DNA from: Octopus sinensis
Lineage: Eukaryota
Reading direction: 5' to 3'
Assembly: GCF_006345805.1 (NCBI RefSeq)
Contig: NC_043014.1
Coordinates: 28,582,001-28,646,000 of the forward strand
Length of the DNA stretch: 64,000 nucleotides
The notes under the pieces are model-generated. The model ran no database searches, was not told where the DNA came from, and saw nothing but the letters and a program-made list of their open reading frames with translations. Below, one piece after another: positions 11,480 to 26,030 of this stretch. The stretch's first letter is position 1; each line of letters begins with the position of its first letter. Position numbers and translations under genes: made by a program.

Positions 11480-13340
11480 CTTTTCTCTCAGTTTTGCTTC
11501 TTGTTGCACATGCATCAGCCATATGCATAATTAAACAACTTTTTTATTCGTCTTTAGTTCACAAATCCCTAATCTACTACTCTTCCTAAATCCAATGCCA
11601 TGAAGGATATAATGGATCAATCTTCAAACTCCCGACACGCTACCTCTACCAAAAAGCACTGCATATTGCCACTCTCATACCTCACACTTTCGTGAATTCA
11701 TGTACCCATTCTATATTGCGTTCCTAAGGAACCATCCACTCGATAAATTACAAAGAACTGTCACTTCAATTCCCATAAAATCAGAGTGTTGCTTCGTTAT
11801 AGTAATATGACCGGGGAATACAAACGTCGTTTTAATATCCCCTTGCATCTTCGGCTTTATAGCCTTAAGGAGAAGTCTGCCTGTCACCTTTCTTTTGCTC
11901 ACGCTTTCGCGTTATCCTTTTCCAAAATAGGGTGCATCTGGTTATCCTTGCATTGACATAACTGCATTCTTGCTTTGGTGTATCAACAAGGGTGCTCAAG
12001 GCTTGATCGTGTCACCTAAACAGGGAAATTGCGTGCTGCTGAAACATGCTTCAAAGTTGCAAAATTTCTATGTCGATGATAATTAGTTTCATTCCAGCCC
12101 TACTGACTGATATTGGCTGCGAATGGAATCACATCGCACACAGCTTTCAGGAGAGATTGCATCCTGGTCGGTTTGATTTTCGACCATAAAAACCACTATT
12201 TCTCCTGTCTATATTATTCAGGTGGTATATCCAATAGTTCCACTTCCATCCCAGTCCAATCCAAGCGTTCTTCATCGCACCTTTCTCCTACTTCATCTCC
12301 AGTGAGATCTGTTCAACCTCAACAGCGATTCTTACGGTCGATTTCCTTCCAATCAACATTATTTGCTGGATCGCACGAACAGTAAGGTCCACGTAATCCC
12401 GGAGTATTAAAGTAGTATTTGCCACTTTAAACATCTCCATCAATAATATAAATAAACTTCTCTACCATCTGTAACTTTGCAGCATTATCAAACGGCCTAA
12501 CATCTGTAAAGCATGACGGGAGCCCAAACCACTTTTCCAATATCTTCATTCTTATTAATGGTACTTTAGGCACTTGATGTGTCCATACAGCCTTCCGTAA
12601 AAGGTCATGCTGATAACACCATACTCTGAACTTCCCTGCCAAACCATATTCGTCAAAGTAGCTGGCTCAGCATGGTCTCAGTCTCACTCAAAATCGCTGT
12701 TGACATCATTTTAGTCTATTACGTAGATATGGGCAACACTTAATTTCCTACTTCCTGATAAGTGGACTCAGCTCCAGTGTCAAAGCAGAATTTCTTAACC
12801 TGTCCCTACATTATCAACAGACTGCAACATTTTAAAACTTTTAATTCGACATTAACGGAATAGTTAACCTAAATGCCCCAGGAGTGATTTTGCCGTTTTC
12901 CATTGCAGCATTATCTTCCATAGAAATGGAAGATAATGCTGCAATGGAAAACGGCAAAATCACTCCTGGGGCATTTAGGTTAACGCAAGAATGATGAGAA
13001 TACGTATCACCTCAACTTCATTTCCTACCAATTAACTTCTTGTACATTCCAATACCCAATTCATGACCATCACGATGAGGGGTAGAGGAATGGTACATTG
13101 CACCATGATGCCTATTTTCAGGTTACGAATTTCGCATTAGAAAGTACTTCACACGCTCCAGGAAAACAAAAACCTAAACAAAAACTTTTTATCTTATTCT
13201 ATATATCAACGTATACAAAACTGTTTCTTATGCATTTACCTGATCAAGCCAGACAATCTGAATGTGTTTTCCTCACTTATTACTCTCAATAGAGCTCAAA
13301 ATAAATTGAGCATGCGCTAGACAGCTTCGAAAATTTTTCA
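11480..13340 (-). mobile_element. heavily decayed HERO-clade non-LTR retrotransposon (RT through RLE)
   Basis: Ordered motifs on the minus strand: SCLAH, IVWLDQVNA (RT motif A), KIGIMVQCTIPLPLIVMVMN (motif B'), AGKFRVWCYQH..KWFGLP, KAVCDVIP, FVFPGHITIT, LVEVACREF. Colinear with the HERO ORF as I recall it. Confidence 0.75.
12868..12979. mobile_element. 112-bp fully palindromic insertion flanked by TTAA (candidate piggyBac-type MITE)
   Basis: TTAA (12864-67) CCTAAATGCCCCAGG...TCTTCCAT AGAA ATGGAAGA...CCTGGGGCATTTAGG TTAA (12980-83). Arms are 100% complementary. Confidence 0.7.
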
Positions 13341-13799
13341 AGTGTAACGTTCACTGACAATACAGCACGAATGTAAAATCAGTATTTAAAATCACAAAAC
13401 GACAAACATTAAAGCGTTTAAGACCAAATATCACCTTTACTTGTTTAAGCGTCTGCGGAGCACCTTGATGATGTTTTAAATGATCACTGCCTATGATGAA
13501 GATTTGTAAAGAGTGGATTGATATTCGGATCAGAGCAAAGAAGTGGCGCTGAATATGAGACAAACACATGCCCTCAGCCCGGCTATGGATAAAAATTTAC
13601 AGTTAGTAGCATAGAGTCTATTGTGCAAGTATGATGTGGACGATTTAGATAGAGCTATATGAGATAACTGCAGACAAAATAAAGGGAGTTGAGATATAAT
13701 TGTCAAAGAAGAGTGTAGCTTAAAATGAATCGATTTGAGGAAGCATTGTGGATAACCTGTGCCAAATATATGTGAAGGTTGAATGCAAATACACATTTG

Positions 13800-13834
<35 letters not shown>

Positions 13835-15688
13835 CACGCACACACACACACATGAATGTGTGTATATATATATGAACATTTGACTGCATGTCTGTATATA
13901 TGAACATTTTACTACATATGTCTCTCTATATACGAACATTTGACTGCATGTGAATGTGTGTGTATATGTGTTGAGGGGGGTGCTGTGTGCATGCGTTGTC
14001 TGTGTATAGGATTGGGTTACGAACGTATATAATATATCTATAAAATTAGCATTCTCTGAAATGTATATATTTCAGTAAGATACTCTTTTGGTGAACATAA
14101 CTTGTACACAATTTGTTCGGGTAGAAGTAGGAATTTAATGTACCATTTTATACTTCAAATGCCCGGGTATTTTTTTCAGCTTCATGACAGGCACTTCACT
14201 GATTATTGCTAAGCGCATGTCTTTGGTCTGTATGTGATATAATATGTACATCTGATACAGTGTCTCTCCACGGTAGCCCGTTTGAACGGTCTTGACTAAC
14301 ACTGTATCTTAGTGTATGATCAACAAGATGTAGACGTGTATATCTAAGTGAATAGATAAAGGAAAGTTAAACAAACTAAGGAGTGAAAAAAATATTACAG
14401 AGCAAATATATGTAGACGGATAAATAGGAAGAAAAACAATTAAAAGTTAATGCTTATGATGGTAGTGTGGGGCGATGGAAGATGGCGATGTTATCGATGG
14501 TGGTGATTTCGATAGTAATAGCTGTTATCATTAAATAGGGATGGCTTAAGACAGAAAGCATTACTGCTGCTGCTGCTACTACTACTACGACTACTACTAA
14601 TACGACTATTACGACGACGACGATGACGTCGCCGTCGTCGACGATGATAACGACGACCATGCTGCAAATGCTGCAGTTGCGTCAGCAGCCGTCTCTGCTG
14701 CTGCTCATGTATCTGTTAAGCAGGACTGTTAATGAACGGGCGTAGATGCTGAAAGGGAGCAGAGGAACATAGCAGAGAAATTCTTTAAATATCGTGCAAT
14801 TTTTGGCGGAATGGAAAGAAAAAAGTAAAAATCAAAAGGACTTGCTAATTCTTTTACCCATATACCCTGCCATCCATTGATCAAATAATCGATTATTAGT
14901 TGGAGTCATTGATATAACAGTCGATAGAATACGTCAACCGATCAAAGCATTTATTGCTTCATCGATTCATTCATTCATCCATCAACCAATCCATGAATCC
15001 GATCATTCATTTATATTAGATACTCAACTTCTTGTGTCCATGTGTATATATGAATATGTATACATGGTTCTTGATAAAAAACGTTTTACGTGCGATTCTA
15101 GTGAGAAGCAAAGAGATGTGCCTATATGCGTATACATATGAACAATCATTTAGACTATGCATGTGAATATACTTGCCATGAGATAAGCAGATGCATAAAT
15201 ACATATATACATATCTAAGAAAAAAAAATACCTGCGCACTGTGTATATGCTTGTGTGCATCATATATATTCACGTATGTGTGGGTACTCACATACCCGCG
15301 TCAACACATGTATATACATACAGAGACAAAGTCACGCATCGGTACAGTTGTCTAGATGGTATACTACAGAGGATGTGTGTAAGTATATACATTTCACATG
15401 TTCCTTATTGTATTTTACATGTTCACCCTACTGTCATACTTCTTCTTATTTTATTTTTAATCCAGAAATACTTAATACAAATTAGTTGTGAACGTTGTAC
15501 AGATAATGCAGTCAATCGAAGACTTCATAGTTTGCCGCCTGTTTCGCAATCACAAATGCTTTTATAATTGAGCAAACTTTTATGAGAATTGTATGCATGT
15601 ATAAAATCGACATGTGCTGTTACTAATGTCAAAGTTAACAGACAGAGTGTGCAGTTGGCAGTTGTATGCGGGCAAAAGTGCATGCGTG

Positions 15689-15747
<59 letters not shown>

Positions 15748-16461
15748 AATTTTAAAATAGGATAAAATCTTTATAAGAATTTATGAAGTAGTTAGCGTGA
15801 AAAACCTTATAAGAGAAAAAAAAAATCCACCAATATTTTCACTTAAATATATTTATCTGTATTATATAAAGGGCATTATTATACATAAATGCCACACGCT
15901 AAGAGGGACTCTTAAAGTCATGACTACTATATATATATATATATATATATACACTTTTAGATATACACGTATATATATAGGTGTATGTGATAACACACAC
16001 ACATATATGCATATGTACATACATGTATGCGCGCACGCGTGTGGATTTGTGTCTCCAAACGGGAAGCAGTAGTGGGTATATATTCTATTAGGAACCGAAG
16101 CTGCTTGAATTGTGTAATTGAGTTTCACGTTCCCAATTCTTATAACTGCCGTTCGAACACACGGAAAGAGAAGCTTCATCTTTCATACTATGGTGCGCGC
16201 GTGCGTGCTCGTACATGCGTGCGCGAGCGCGTATGTGCATGTATGAGAGGCAGAGAGAGAGAGAGAGAGAGAGAGTGCGTGTGTTTGTGTGCGTACACAC
16301 TCACACACACACACACACACGCACACACATACACAATTACATTCGATGTTTTTATTTGTTTTATAGAAATCATCTATAACACAGAGGTTGTACTTTAAGC
16401 ATTTCATTTCCGCTTCATATTATAATATGTATGAATTCTTGCCTGCGTCTTCAAATCTACC

Positions 16462-16519
<58 letters not shown>

Positions 16520-16638
16520 CTTCCATCTTTCTCTCTCTCTCTCTCTCTCTCTCGGCGCTCGTGTGTGTGTATTTGTGCCCCGGAAAAAATATATGTGTAA
16601 GCGAGTAAACATGCATACGTTATGTTTGAAGATATGTA

Positions 16639-16721
<83 letters not shown>

Positions 16722-16929
16722 GTATGTGTGTGTGTTGTTTCTCTGAGAGCTGATTTAATCTTCTCTAAATATACTTTGTGAGACAATTTGTCCACTATAA
16801 GTCCACTGTATTTAGAAAATAGCAAAATAAGAAAAAACAAAACAAAAAAAACCCAGCTTAGTAAACGAGTTTCCAATGGCAATTACATAAATATTGAAAT
16901 TAGTTGATAGAGAGAGAGAGAGAGAGACA

Positions 16930-16954
16930 GATAGATAAATGAATAAACAGATGA

Positions 16955-17034
<80 letters not shown>

Positions 17035-17183
17035 TTTAATAGATAGATAGCTAAATATATATATTACTGGAATGTATAGATAAAGTGATAGAAAGAGTGA
17101 TAGAAAGATAGGCAGATACATAGATAGTTGGATATAGGCAGATTGAAAGACGAATAGACATTTAGATAGTCACATAGATAGTC

Positions 17184-17261
<78 letters not shown>

Positions 17262-17331
17262 AGCGAGAGAGAGAGAGAGAAACACAGACGGACAGACATA
17301 TAGATACACAGACAGACAGATAGAAAAACAA

Positions 17332-17384
<53 letters not shown>

Positions 17385-17460
17385 CAAATATATAAATAGA
17401 TAGATAGATAAATAGATAGACAGACAGATAGATAAATAGATAGATAGAAAGATAGATAGT

Positions 17461-17530
<70 letters not shown>
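16930..17530. repeat. (GATA)n/(GACA)n tetranucleotide arrays
   Basis: Long AGAT runs with GACA variants, directly visible. Confidence 0.95.
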
Positions 17531-17942
17531 TGCAAAATTCACTAAATTTATGCAGACATTTCTACTCCGTTATTCATAGCTATATTTCTGCATGTAATTG
17601 TGAGCTATCGGCTAAAAGCAATGCATGTTCTCACACACGGAGTGTGATATTGCATCAATGGTGCATGGCGATATTCCTGGAATATTTCTGCTTGCTGCAA
17701 TGGTTAGGAGGGAGATACATTTCCGATAAACTGTCTGTGTCCCGGTTTCAATACACGTGTGTAGTAGTAACTTTCGCCTCCTTATACTCACCGTATAAGA
17801 TGTTTATTTTAGACAAATACATACTTATGAAATGTAACTGCTAAGCTTGTTTATGTATGTGTATATACGTATGAATATACAACACATATGTTTAGATAAA
17901 GAAATATATATTACACACGCACATACACACACACACACACAT

Positions 17943-17985
<43 letters not shown>

Positions 17986-18790
17986 CTCGTAAAAATATAA
18001 ATATAGACACATACATTTATAAATGTGTGTGTGTGAATGTGTGTATATGTATATGTACAAATACATCAGTAAATATACGAATATACGAATATATGAATAT
18101 ATGTAGAAACACATGTGCTTATATCAATCTGTCTATCTGTGTATAAGTACTCTTACATAAATGGACGTATTTTTCTATAACCGGACCGGCCGCGCGCGCA
18201 CACACAGACTCGCACACACAGACTCGCACACACAAACACACAGATAATGTATGTATCGCTGAGGGTATGCTCTTATAGACGTGTGCTTGTGTCGACACTC
18301 CACAGCAAGTTGTGTATGCATCTTCTTTGCCATTCTTTCTCCCTCACTCTCTCACTTCCGGCCAGTGTGAAGATATGTGCATTATTTTATGCGTTTCAGC
18401 CCAAAGCCTGTGGCGATGCTGGTGGCGCACGCGTGTCTGTGTATGAATGTGCATGGAATGGGTGCATATGTACATGTGTAGATGTGCATATGAGTGTGTG
18501 TGTGTGTGTGGCTTAATCTATGTGTGTATATGTGTACCTGTACAAGTACTCTCACGAATACGTATACATGTGTATATAAGTGTATGCATATGCGTACATA
18601 CATATATATATATGTGTGTGTGTATGCATACATACATGCATGCATCTATATATTTATATACATACATACACACAGACACACAGACACACACACACACACC
18701 ACACACACACACACACACACACTCACACATATATATATAAAACGTCTCCTTCAGAAACTTTCTAATCTTGTACTTAAATTAAAAAAACAC

Positions 18791-18841
<51 letters not shown>

Positions 18842-18893
18842 GTTATCATTATTATTCCGCCGAGGTCGATTTTACCTTTCATCATTTCGAGTT

Positions 18894-18941
<48 letters not shown>

Positions 18942-18957
18942 GGGGGGGAGAGCGAGA

Positions 18958-19045
<88 letters not shown>

Positions 19046-19484
19046 CGCGCACGCACACATGTTTATGTGTAGAACGATTATCGGATAGTCACTTTACAAC
19101 TGCTAGTTTCAGAAAGAATAGATGAGTTCGAAATATATTATCTCAAGTGCCAATACCGGTTGGACAGTTATAACAAGGGAAAATATAGCTTTTAAATAAC
19201 TCTGCATTTTTACATTCTGTTCCGTTGCCTAGATTTTCTTTATTCCTTTAATTATTGTATATTATTCAGTGTTGTGGATTGTTCGGAACGGAAAAAAATA
19301 CGTTGCCTTGCTTTCTCCGATTCCTTACATTCCGTGTCCAAATCCCACCGGAGGTCAGCAGTATCTTTCAGCCTGTTGGGGGCTTCACAGAATACAATAC
19401 CAGCCAAGTGCTCGTGTCGTTAGAATCGACTAACGCCTTCCTCAAAAAGTTTCTGACCTTGTACTTAAATTAAAAAAAAACCCT

Positions 19485-19519
<35 letters not shown>

Positions 19520-19523
<4 letters not shown>

Positions 19524-19655
19524 CGTCGAGGTCGACTTTGCCTTTTATTCTTTCGAGGTCGATAAAATATGTACCAGTTGAGCACTAGCGTTGATGTAAT
19601 CAACTTACCCCGTCCCCCGTAATTAGCTGGCCTTGTGCCATATTTTGAAACCATT
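19520..19655 (+). mobile_element. 5'-truncated Meta-like SINE
   Basis: TTCCGTCGAGGTCGACTTTGCC..GTACCAG..GCTGGCCTTGTGCCATATTTTGAAACCATT. Confidence 0.8.
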
Positions 19656-19921
19656 CTTCTTCAACTTCTTCTTCATCTTCTTCTTCGTCTTCTTCGTTTT
19701 CTTCTTCTTCTTCTCCTTCTTCTTCTTCTTCTTCTTCTTCTTCGTCTTCGTCTTCGTCTTCTTCGTTTTCTTCTTCTTCTTCTTCTTCTTCGTCTTCTTC
19801 GTCTTCTTCGTCTTCTTCTTCTTCTTCTTCGTCTTCGTCTTCGTCTTCTTCGTTTTCTTCTTCTTCTTCTTCTTCTTCGTCTTCTTCGTCTTCTTCGTCT
19901 TCTTCTTCTTCTTCTTCTTCT
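19652..19921. repeat. (CTT)n tract with CGT variants in higher-order blocks
   Basis: About 270 bp of TTC/GTC triplets starting at the SINE tail end. Confidence 0.95.
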
Positions 19922-20678
19922 TATTATTATTATTATATCATGTTGTACTACTTGATAACAACCGTAATCAATGATATGGAAAGCCGTGAAAAGATGAAAG
20001 CAATGTATGCGCTATGGAAACTTGTCCTGCATATAGATACTTCAACGGATTAATTTGTATTCTGTCGGAGAAATAATTGCTTGTGTTCGACTCACATTTA
20101 TGTACTTCAAATTTTAATATTTACTTATTATGGGTTATTCTGACAAACAGTTAAAATTATGTTCTCCTGGAGACCCTCTCACTAAACTAAAAAGAAATTA
20201 TTCGCTTGAAATCTAACCTTGGAACGATACATCTAGAGCAGCTCTGACGCAACATCTATTGATGATGATGATGGTTACAACAATGTATGTAGTTTATTTG
20301 CCACGATAGAAGCTCTCTAGCCTACTACACATAACGCGTACTGCACGTGTTAATGTCGCACAATAACCTTGTCTCTTAGCAGTTTGCTATTCCGTAGCTA
20401 CATGTTATGTATAGAGCATATTTATAATTTCAAAAATGGCGTAAGGAATAAAGGCTGTGCAAACTCTCTTTCACCCACCCAGACACACGCACGAACTCAC
20501 GCATGCACACGCGCATGCAAACATACATGCAGATTGGGGAAGGGGGAGGATATGCTATAAGTACACACATGGAGTTGCACACACACATACACAATACAAA
20601 ATAATCCACTTCAATGTAAATAGTATAATTTCGAGCCTCCCTCACAACATGCACGTTTTGTCAATATACATACATACA

Positions 20679-20960
<282 letters not shown>

Positions 20961-21273
20961 ATATATATATACGCTAACACCGACACAAAAACATGCATTT
21001 ATAGAAATATAAGTGTATGAGCTTAGAAGTGTCTCTGCGTGTATGTATATATGTTTGTATGTATATGTATGGTTATACATACATAGATATATAGATACAT
21101 ACACACAAATATATGTATATATGTGTATGTATGTATGACATGTGAATGTGTATGTGAGTGTGTGCGTGTGTGAATACATACGTAGGTATATACGTATGTA
21201 TATATATGTATATGTGAAATGTCCATCCACTTAATTATATATGTATATGTGTGCATATATGTATGTATACATG

Positions 21274-21330
<57 letters not shown>

Positions 21331-21521
21331 GTATATATATATAGAGAGAGAGAGGGGGGGAGAGAAAACAAACAATGAGGGATATCTATCTATCTATCTA
21401 TCTATATATATATATATATTATATATATATATATATATATATGCATGTATGTATGTATACATTTCTGAGTGCATGCTTAGATATATATGATGTATTTATT
21501 ACGTAAACACACACAGGTACA

Positions 21522-21557
<36 letters not shown>

Positions 21558-21587
21558 TGTATGTATGCATGCATGTATGTATGTATG

Positions 21588-21619
<32 letters not shown>

Positions 21620-21659
21620 CATGTATGTATGTATGTATATATATATATATATGCATATA

Positions 21660-21975
21660 AGGACTAAACATTAGCCACCACTCGCAGGAGACTGTGACCT
21701 GATGGTGGCATGTTCTGTGCTTCCGTTGTTGTAGCCACCATTGTAGTTGTGGAGCAGTCGTATATAATCGCTTGGTCCGCCTCCCATGCAACCAGCGGAG
21801 CAGCGATGAAGAGACAGTTGCAAGAGAAGAAAGCTGCACCAGCAATCATTTGCATTCCGGTTGTCTGGAGCAACGTGACATGAAGTGCCTTGTTGAAGGA
21901 GACAGTGTACTACTCCGTCTAGGATTCGAATCAACACACATTGGGATCGTGAACCGAACACACAAGCCATTAGGC
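21660..21975 (-). mobile_element. old tRNA-derived SINE, relative of the family at 40158 and 57691
   Basis: Minus strand: GGCGAGTAGCCTAATGG..GATTCGAATCC (A/B boxes), then CAAGGCACTTCATGTCACGTTGCTCCAG. Confidence 0.55.
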
Positions 21976-22117
21976 TACTCGCCTTTTGACACAAGCATAT
22001 ACTCACACACACACATATAAGTATGTGTGTGTGTGTGCGTTTGTGTGTGCGTGTGTATGTGCATGTGTGTGAGTAATGAGAGAGAGAAGGGAGGGGGGAG
22101 ATATAGATAAAAGTGGA

Positions 22118-22155
<38 letters not shown>

Positions 22156-22159
22156 TAGA

Positions 22160-23540
22160 TAACTTAAACAGGGTTCACTCACCTTTAATGATGCCACGTG
22201 GAGAAGTCATGATTTGTTACGTCATGAATTGGGAGAGAGTCCTCGTGCAGAGAGATGTTGTTTGTCGAAATATACCTCTAGTTTCACACGTGTGTCTGGT
22301 GCTTCTGGGAGTAATTTACTTGTGTACCATTTAAATGGGATCCTTTCCTTTGACTCCTTCCAGTATAACATTGAATAAAGCTTGATCAATTGAATTTAAG
22401 AAGTATTTTCATAATATTATGTGATGTGAGATAGATTTTCGTAAGGGTTATAGGGCACGAGGCCCTAGGAGTGGGTAACTTGTTGAATTTGATATGGACA
22501 TCCAGTTGGTCCAATATCTTCCTCATTGTACAAATGGGGTAGCATGACAGTAGCCTTATAGAGAACAGAACTTCAAATTTTTGAGGAGATCCCAATAATC
22601 AAGTCCTTTCATGCCGTTTAGTTTTCTGATAAATCTCTCGGGTACTTTAATTCTGCTAATGTTATGTTCTGTATGAGAATAACACGCTGGGTAACGGTAT
22701 CCAAGGTGATACGTAGCAAATACAGCTTACAGAAATATGATACAATGAGGGTATCTAGATTGAGAGTTCTAAGACTTCTTGAGTATATTATGCAAGCCAT
22801 ATCGACTTTATTGATGAACTGTGCAATGCAGCTTAGGTTGTTGTCCATAGATAGACATATATTATTTGATGCTTCGAAAGGCTCCCAGAATGAAGAAAAA
22901 AGGATGTGTTATGTATATCCTGTTTTTGAAAGCATGTAAGCTCAAATTTGTCCTCATACATCGAATCCCAGCACAAAGATCAGATTGAACTGATGATCCT
23001 CCACATAGATTCTTGATGACTTTCAGGATTCTTGAGTCATCTGCAAAGATTTTATATTACTCTGTTTCATGATAATCGCAATGTCATATATAAATAAAAA
23101 TAAAAATAGAGACGGCCCAACACAGTAACCTGGTTGACACCACAAATGCGTTTAGGGTCTTGAGTAAATTCATTATACCACAACATGTTGCTTTCTGTTT
23201 ACCAAGAAACATTTAATGCTTCTCAGTAGCTTTCACGGATGTTGATGGTGAATAAGCTTCACAGAAGCCAAACTGTATGACGTCAGTGTTTGAGCCCTCT
23301 CCGAAAGCATCTAAATCTCGAATTGACGCAGAAGCTGTGTTATGTAATGTGTGCCACCACAAAAACCATTCTAGAGGCGATCTAGGGAAGGATTTCTTTC
23401 TAGGAGGCTTGTGATTTTTCACCTTACCCGCATTTCGTATATTTTAAGTATACGAAGAATTAGCAAGATCACAAAGTAATTCACTGCGACCATTTATTTC
23501 CCCTTTTCAAAAATCTGGCATAACTGACTGGGACTTAAAA
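22160..23540 (-). mobile_element. CR1/L2-group LINE relic (RT core to 3' end)
   Basis: GVNQVTVLG (GVPQGTVLG-like) followed by FADDSRILKVIKN; many stops and frameshifts. Confidence 0.75.
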
Positions 23541-24794
23541 TGTCCATCAGTGTATGTTTGTGTGTATGTGTGTGAGTGTGTGTGTCTGTATTCGCATGTA
23601 GAAACGTATATACATGATATGATTGTAGTTGGGTAAGACAACGGGTGAATTTTATATAAGCTTAATCTATAATTATGCCAGCGTGCTTATATTCATATAC
23701 TCATATCTACATCTACAGGTATAGTGCATATTTGGGGCTAGTTTAACAACTACAGTAAGACTATATGATTCATAATCGCATAGCTAAGCGCGTATATGCA
23801 CGCACACGAATGCATTTAATCATATCGCTTAACTATTAGCTGTATATATCTTATTTTTATATCGACAATATCCCCATTTGCATTTCAGCAACCAGTCCTT
23901 CCATTATTTGTGTTTTTACGTAAAACGATGCACATCTATGTGTTTTCTTAACTACTTTACTCTAGCTTTTTTTCTGTACATTTATCTTTTTATCTACATT
24001 AGCTATCTTACAAAACGATTGTATATCTTGTCTATATTTATCTGAGTATAAATATGTATGCCTGTCTGGTTATCTAATTAACCCTTTTATGAATCTGTTG
24101 ATCATTTTCCCTTCCCTATCTATCTTTTTGAATTAATGCACGTCTATGTGAATACCGGTTGATTTAGTTTGTGTCTGACCATCAGTATGAATTTTTTAAA
24201 TGTCAATCTATCTATAAGCTTTTATTTCGTTCTCTATCAATTAATATTCAGACATTTTACTGCTTATCAATGTGTTGTATTTCTGTTGCAAAATATATTT
24301 AGCTCGTCGATTTAGTAGGTCTTGGACTCTTATTCTATTACCTTTAGCGCATATAAAGCAGCGCTTGACACTGTTGTCCAATACATGGAGCATGTACGCA
24401 TTCATGCATGTTGGCATATGTCTGATGTGTATGTGTGTACGTATATATGCATACGTATATGCATATCTATTTCCATGTACTTATATATGCATATTCATGT
24501 TTATATGCAGAGGTGAAAACACGCACGCACACATTACAAACACAGATACACACACGCCCACACACGCACACACGCACACACACACATACGCGCGCGCGCG
24601 CGCACACACACATGCATATGCACACGTCTATGAGGCTATCTGAAGGCATTTAATCTATTAGTCAATTTTTTTATCGCGCTTGACTCATTATGCATAAATA
24701 TTTGTGCATATGTAATATCCGAACACAAACATGCATGTGTGTCTGTGTGTGTGGAGTGTGCTTGTTCGCGCGCGCGTATATAAGCATGTATGTA

Positions 24795-24842
<48 letters not shown>

Positions 24843-25912
24843 ATATGTATATGTAGCAGGAAGGAAGATATGCATGTTTAAATATATCTGATATAAGAAT
24901 TTTTTTTTGCAAATATGAAAAACATTGCATTTTGTAATTATTTCTTTTTATTCTATCACTTCCTTCCGCACTTCATCTCTTCCCCCCACCCTTCTCTCCC
25001 GCTTATGTAAAATTGACTTTTCGTGTGCAAGACATCTTCAAATTGTTAATGGAGAGATTTGGATTAAATAACTGCAATACAACTGAAGTAAACGGTCCAG
25101 TGTTTTATTGCTACGATGTTAATAAAAATATTCTTGATACGAGCATGATATAATTTTAAAATATACCGTGTGTGATATTCGCGTCTATTTCAAAGCTGTG
25201 CGTGGTGTAATTTTAAAGCAATAACGCCTACAATGACTAGTCCGATTTTACCCACAAGCTATCTCACAAGTTATATCATAAGTGGGTATGAACATTATTG
25301 AGATAATCTTCTTAGTAAGCGCTTTACAAATTGAATATTGAATAAACAAAATTATGAGTTCGTAGAAATAACGAGAAACTGTTATTATCTGCAATGTAAG
25401 TCCTGTTCGATAAGCAACAATTCGTTGTAATGCCTATTGCCTAAGAAGGCGAATCAATGTTGTTCAACCTCAGACTAATACAATTACAAATTCCTAGCTT
25501 AATATATTCAACAATCTGTGCAAATATTTTTGAACACCAAGTGACTTAACGGATCAGTGGTTTAATAGACTTACAAAAACATACATATGTGTGCTGTTTA
25601 AGTGCGAATATGTACGTATGTGTGTGTGTACGTATAGAGAGAGATAGAAATATATTCGAGAAGATAATTATAGAGTTTCAATTTCATAACTGAAAAATCA
25701 TTTAAATGTACATTGAATGTTTATTTACAAAACAATGCTGCGTTTTCATGCATCTACATGTAGACATGCACACATGTTTCTACACATACTTGTGGGAATT
25801 TTCGACTCCAGATTCACATATGCACACAGTCGTCCACATTTACACAATGCCAAAACCCCAGTTTACTGTAAATAATATAATTTACACACTTTATACACAC
25901 ATATATATACAG

Positions 25913-25946
<34 letters not shown>

Positions 25947-25979
25947 GCATATATATGGATATGTATATGTATGTATGAA

Positions 25980-26030
<51 letters not shown>

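Noticed and set aside
14454-14710. Poly-V/A/T/D ORF region
   Set aside because: Degenerate triplet microsatellite (ACT/ACG/GCT).
19633-19974. Poly-F and poly-L/R ORFs
   Set aside because: Translation of the (CTT/CGT)n tract.
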